A DNA stretch of 64,000 bases. Source: Gekko japonicus. Its lineage: Eukaryota. Both the position numbers and the translations under genes were made by a program. Numbering within the stretch: the stretch's first letter is position 1; each line of letters begins with the position of its first letter. The stretch spans positions 319,413-383,412 of the forward strand of contig NW_015168688.1 in NCBI RefSeq assembly GCF_001447785.1, given 5' to 3'. Positions 61,271-64,000 of this stretch are shown here, piece after piece. Below the pieces are notes generated by a model that was given only the letters and a program-made list of their open reading frames with translations, was not told the DNA's origin and made no database searches.

Positions 61271-63988
61271 CAAAGATTATCTACCTGTGAAAACAACAGG
61301 GTTATCTAGGGTAAGAATCAGGCAAGAGGAAAAGCATCCTCCTCTTCCAATAAAAATGACTAACTCTGCAGTAACTTAGATTAGAATAAGGCAAATGCCT
61401 ATCCTTGATTGCAAATTCTAGCTGGAAATGACAGCAAGTGAAAGTACCCTATATCAGATTACATATAAAATAAAGCTTCAAATGTTCATTGTCAGGCATT
61501 ATACAGTCAAGAGTACATATTAAACAGAGATTCTTGTTTGTCCAGGCTGTATTTTATCTTATTTTATTGGTCTTAAGAGTAGACTAGGCCCAGAGTAATA
61601 GGGATGGTAGAGAGGGCAGTTTAAGGCAACAAGGAGTGATGTGGCAATGCAAGAATTACTAGCGTGAAGGGGAGCTCACCACCCACAATTTTTTTTCTTC
61701 CATAACACCACATATGTGATGAAACCATACTTGGTTCTGATTATATTAGCACCTAAACCAAGGGAGAAAAAAAAAACCCTAGGTTATGCTGGGATGCTGT
61801 AAATGCGATAAGGACTCCCCTAATCATTTTCTCATTTTTAGCTTGCACTCAGCAACACTTCTGTAATATTGCATGCTGGAGGTTCAGGCACATAGTTCCA
61901 TCAAGAAGGATATGAGAACTCTTCTTTGTGTGGCTTCTAAATTTTTCAGCTCCAGATTTTCTCACTGAACAGTTAATTGTAGAGAAAGTCAACTAGGAAC
62001 CTTTGGGAAAGGTAGGATAAAACCCTCAAGAAAAAAAAGGTGTTAAAGGAAATCAATTTAAAGCAGTAGACAAAACAGTGTCTATAACACCTGCTGAAGG
62101 ACAGTGTTTCTTTGTCAAACTTACTGTTTTGAAAATCAGGTATTGAGGAAAAGGCTGTTATAGTATTTATTTATTTATTAGTAAATGGGCTATTTATAAG
62201 GTCACTGAGCAATGGCAATAAATTTTGAGACCAGTGGTTGGGTTGGTCACTCCCCATTCAGAAAGGCATCAAGATTAAACTTTTGGCCTTAAATCTTTAG
62301 TGTCCCATTTGCCACCTTGATTAGACTTCCCAGCCCTAACATAGATAACCATGCTATGTAAGGGTACTAATTCTTACCACAAATTTTAAGATCAATTAGT
62401 GGTACACATATTCTTTCTTGTCCCAGGGTCTAGACATTTTACTCCTGAAATAGATTACCAGATTGGTATTTTGTTGTGGATGCCAAAGTACCTAAAAACT
62501 TTTAATAGCACTCAGACACAGCAAGTGTAACACATTAAAGTATCTTGCTACCTTAAAAAAACCTGATGACAACTCTCAGCCATCACCCAATTTTTTAAGC
62601 ATGTTCTCAACCACAAAGCACACTAAAATTAAGATATTTCTAAAGTGGTGACTAACAGAACATGAAGTACAAATATTCAGTAAATTCCACTCTGATTTTT
62701 TTTCCTAAGGATGGTTACTTTCTAGATTTTTCGGGGGGGGGGGAAGAGAGCAGAGACTCCAGAAACTCTAGTGGCCATATTGGTTTTGAATAAAGGGGAT
62801 GTAGGATTATCTCATAGGGGACCCCCCCAACCAGTACAGAAATTTAGGGTGCTGATGGAACTGCCTTCTGTTACTAGTGATTTACCTTACTATCCAAGCT
62901 ATTCTCGGGCAGCCATATCTGTTTTAAATTATATGAACAGCAGAAGAGTGTGATTGTCACAGATTTCCCTCTTCTGCTGCAGAGCTTGTTTATCTCATGC
63001 AGCATTTTAGGGTGCTGATGGAACTGCCTTGTTACTTGAGATTTACCTTACAATTCAATCGAGAACTCCTTGCTCATACAGTAGCCCATACAGAACAGAA
63101 AAACAGCTGTTACTTTATAATTAAATTAATTCTTCTTTGCCCTGTGCCCTGCTCACACTGGAGCCATGTGCTGTTAGATGAAAAACCACAATAGTCTATT
63201 TTAGGGGCTCTGTCTGCTTTATAATGTGAATCAGATTGCAAAGCTGAATGACATGAAAAGTGGTAATCTATTTCCATGGCACTCTGATTTTGATAGAACA
63301 TGTCCAAGTGCAGACACCTATCTGAGCAGATAAACCAGCAGGATTAGCAATTTAAATCACAATGATGATTAGACAACTTGTGTAAGTGTGTTATGTAGTG
63401 TGCACCATGAGGAGTTTCATTACAGATTTCATGTTCTTTAGGTTTTAGACATTACATGTAAAATCAGTTTCATTGAGCAACTGTAGTCAGTGTAAAGATA
63501 ATCCATGATTTACAGAAAGAAAGTGTGCTGAAAGCTAAACAAAACAAGGTATAGGGCAAGAAAAAGGGATTGATCTTCCAAGGAGCGTTTATTTTTTTTC
63601 CTTTTTAAATTCTTTCACTGGTTCAACAATCCTGTCAGCTTTGTGTCACTCAAGTACTTGTAAGAATTAAATGGAAAAAATAAGCAATTTTATTTCAAAA
63701 CAGATAGTGGGGTATTCTGTTACATTGTTTAAAATTAGATAAGCCAGCCCCCAAACAGAGCCTCATACATAAATTAAACATGAGAAGTTTAGTTTTGCTA
63801 AAATGTGGATAATTAAACCCATTTGCCAATTTGTTTAGTTTTATTGCAGATACTGAACAGAGTTTTAATGGGGATAGATTTTCAGTGTAATGTAGGTATT
63901 GCGCAACAAATGCCACACTGAAAATTCATCCCAGATTTATGGAGCTGCGCACTTCATCTTTCACAAAATGAAGGGCTTCATTGGTTAT

Positions 63989-64000
63989 TCAGTCATCATC
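63989..64000 (-). CDS. EIF2S3: Probable last codons of EIF2S3 (…DDD*); gene continues beyond the window
   Basis: Minus strand GAT GAT GAC TGA; EIF2S3 ends in ...TVDDD and is the co-oriented upstream neighbour of ZFX in amniotes; followed by AT-rich UTR-like sequence with AATAAA near 63690. Only 12 nt visible. Confidence 0.6.
   Translation of the reverse strand, partial: DDD

Overview
Vertebrate genomic DNA, most likely a squamate reptile and probably a gecko (Squam3-like and Sauria SINEs, BovB, squamate L2/CR1). The main feature is an intact ZFX/ZFY-family gene on the minus strand. It has a CpG-island promoter and non-coding exon 1 (~58094-58270), seven coding exons (53635 down to 37105; 2388 nt, 795 aa, all GT-AG and phase-consistent) and a ~2.5 kb 3' UTR. 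The last 12 nt of the window read DDD-stop on the minus strand, matching the EIF2S3 C-terminus expected from EIF2S3-ZFX synteny. The rest is a dense transposon landscape: an ORF1-only (HAL1-like) L1 derivative, L2/CR1/BovB/RTE-X-like LINE fragments, a decapitated Gypsy element, solo LTRs, hAT and Harbinger MITEs with readable target-site duplications, SINEs and Penelope LTR fragments. Most notable observations: (1) an exact 61-bp copy of ZFX zinc-finger-7 coding sequence joined by microhomology to the 5' end of a CR1 in ZFX's own last intron; (2) a cluster of ZFX binding motifs just downstream of ZFX's own TSS; (3) a uORF overlapping the ZFX start codon, plus a possible alternative first exon; (4) changes in the finger-11 recognition helix; (5) candidate unannotated exons downstream of ZFX. 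All family assignments are from recognition of motifs, not database searches. I found no clear multi-gene novel system.
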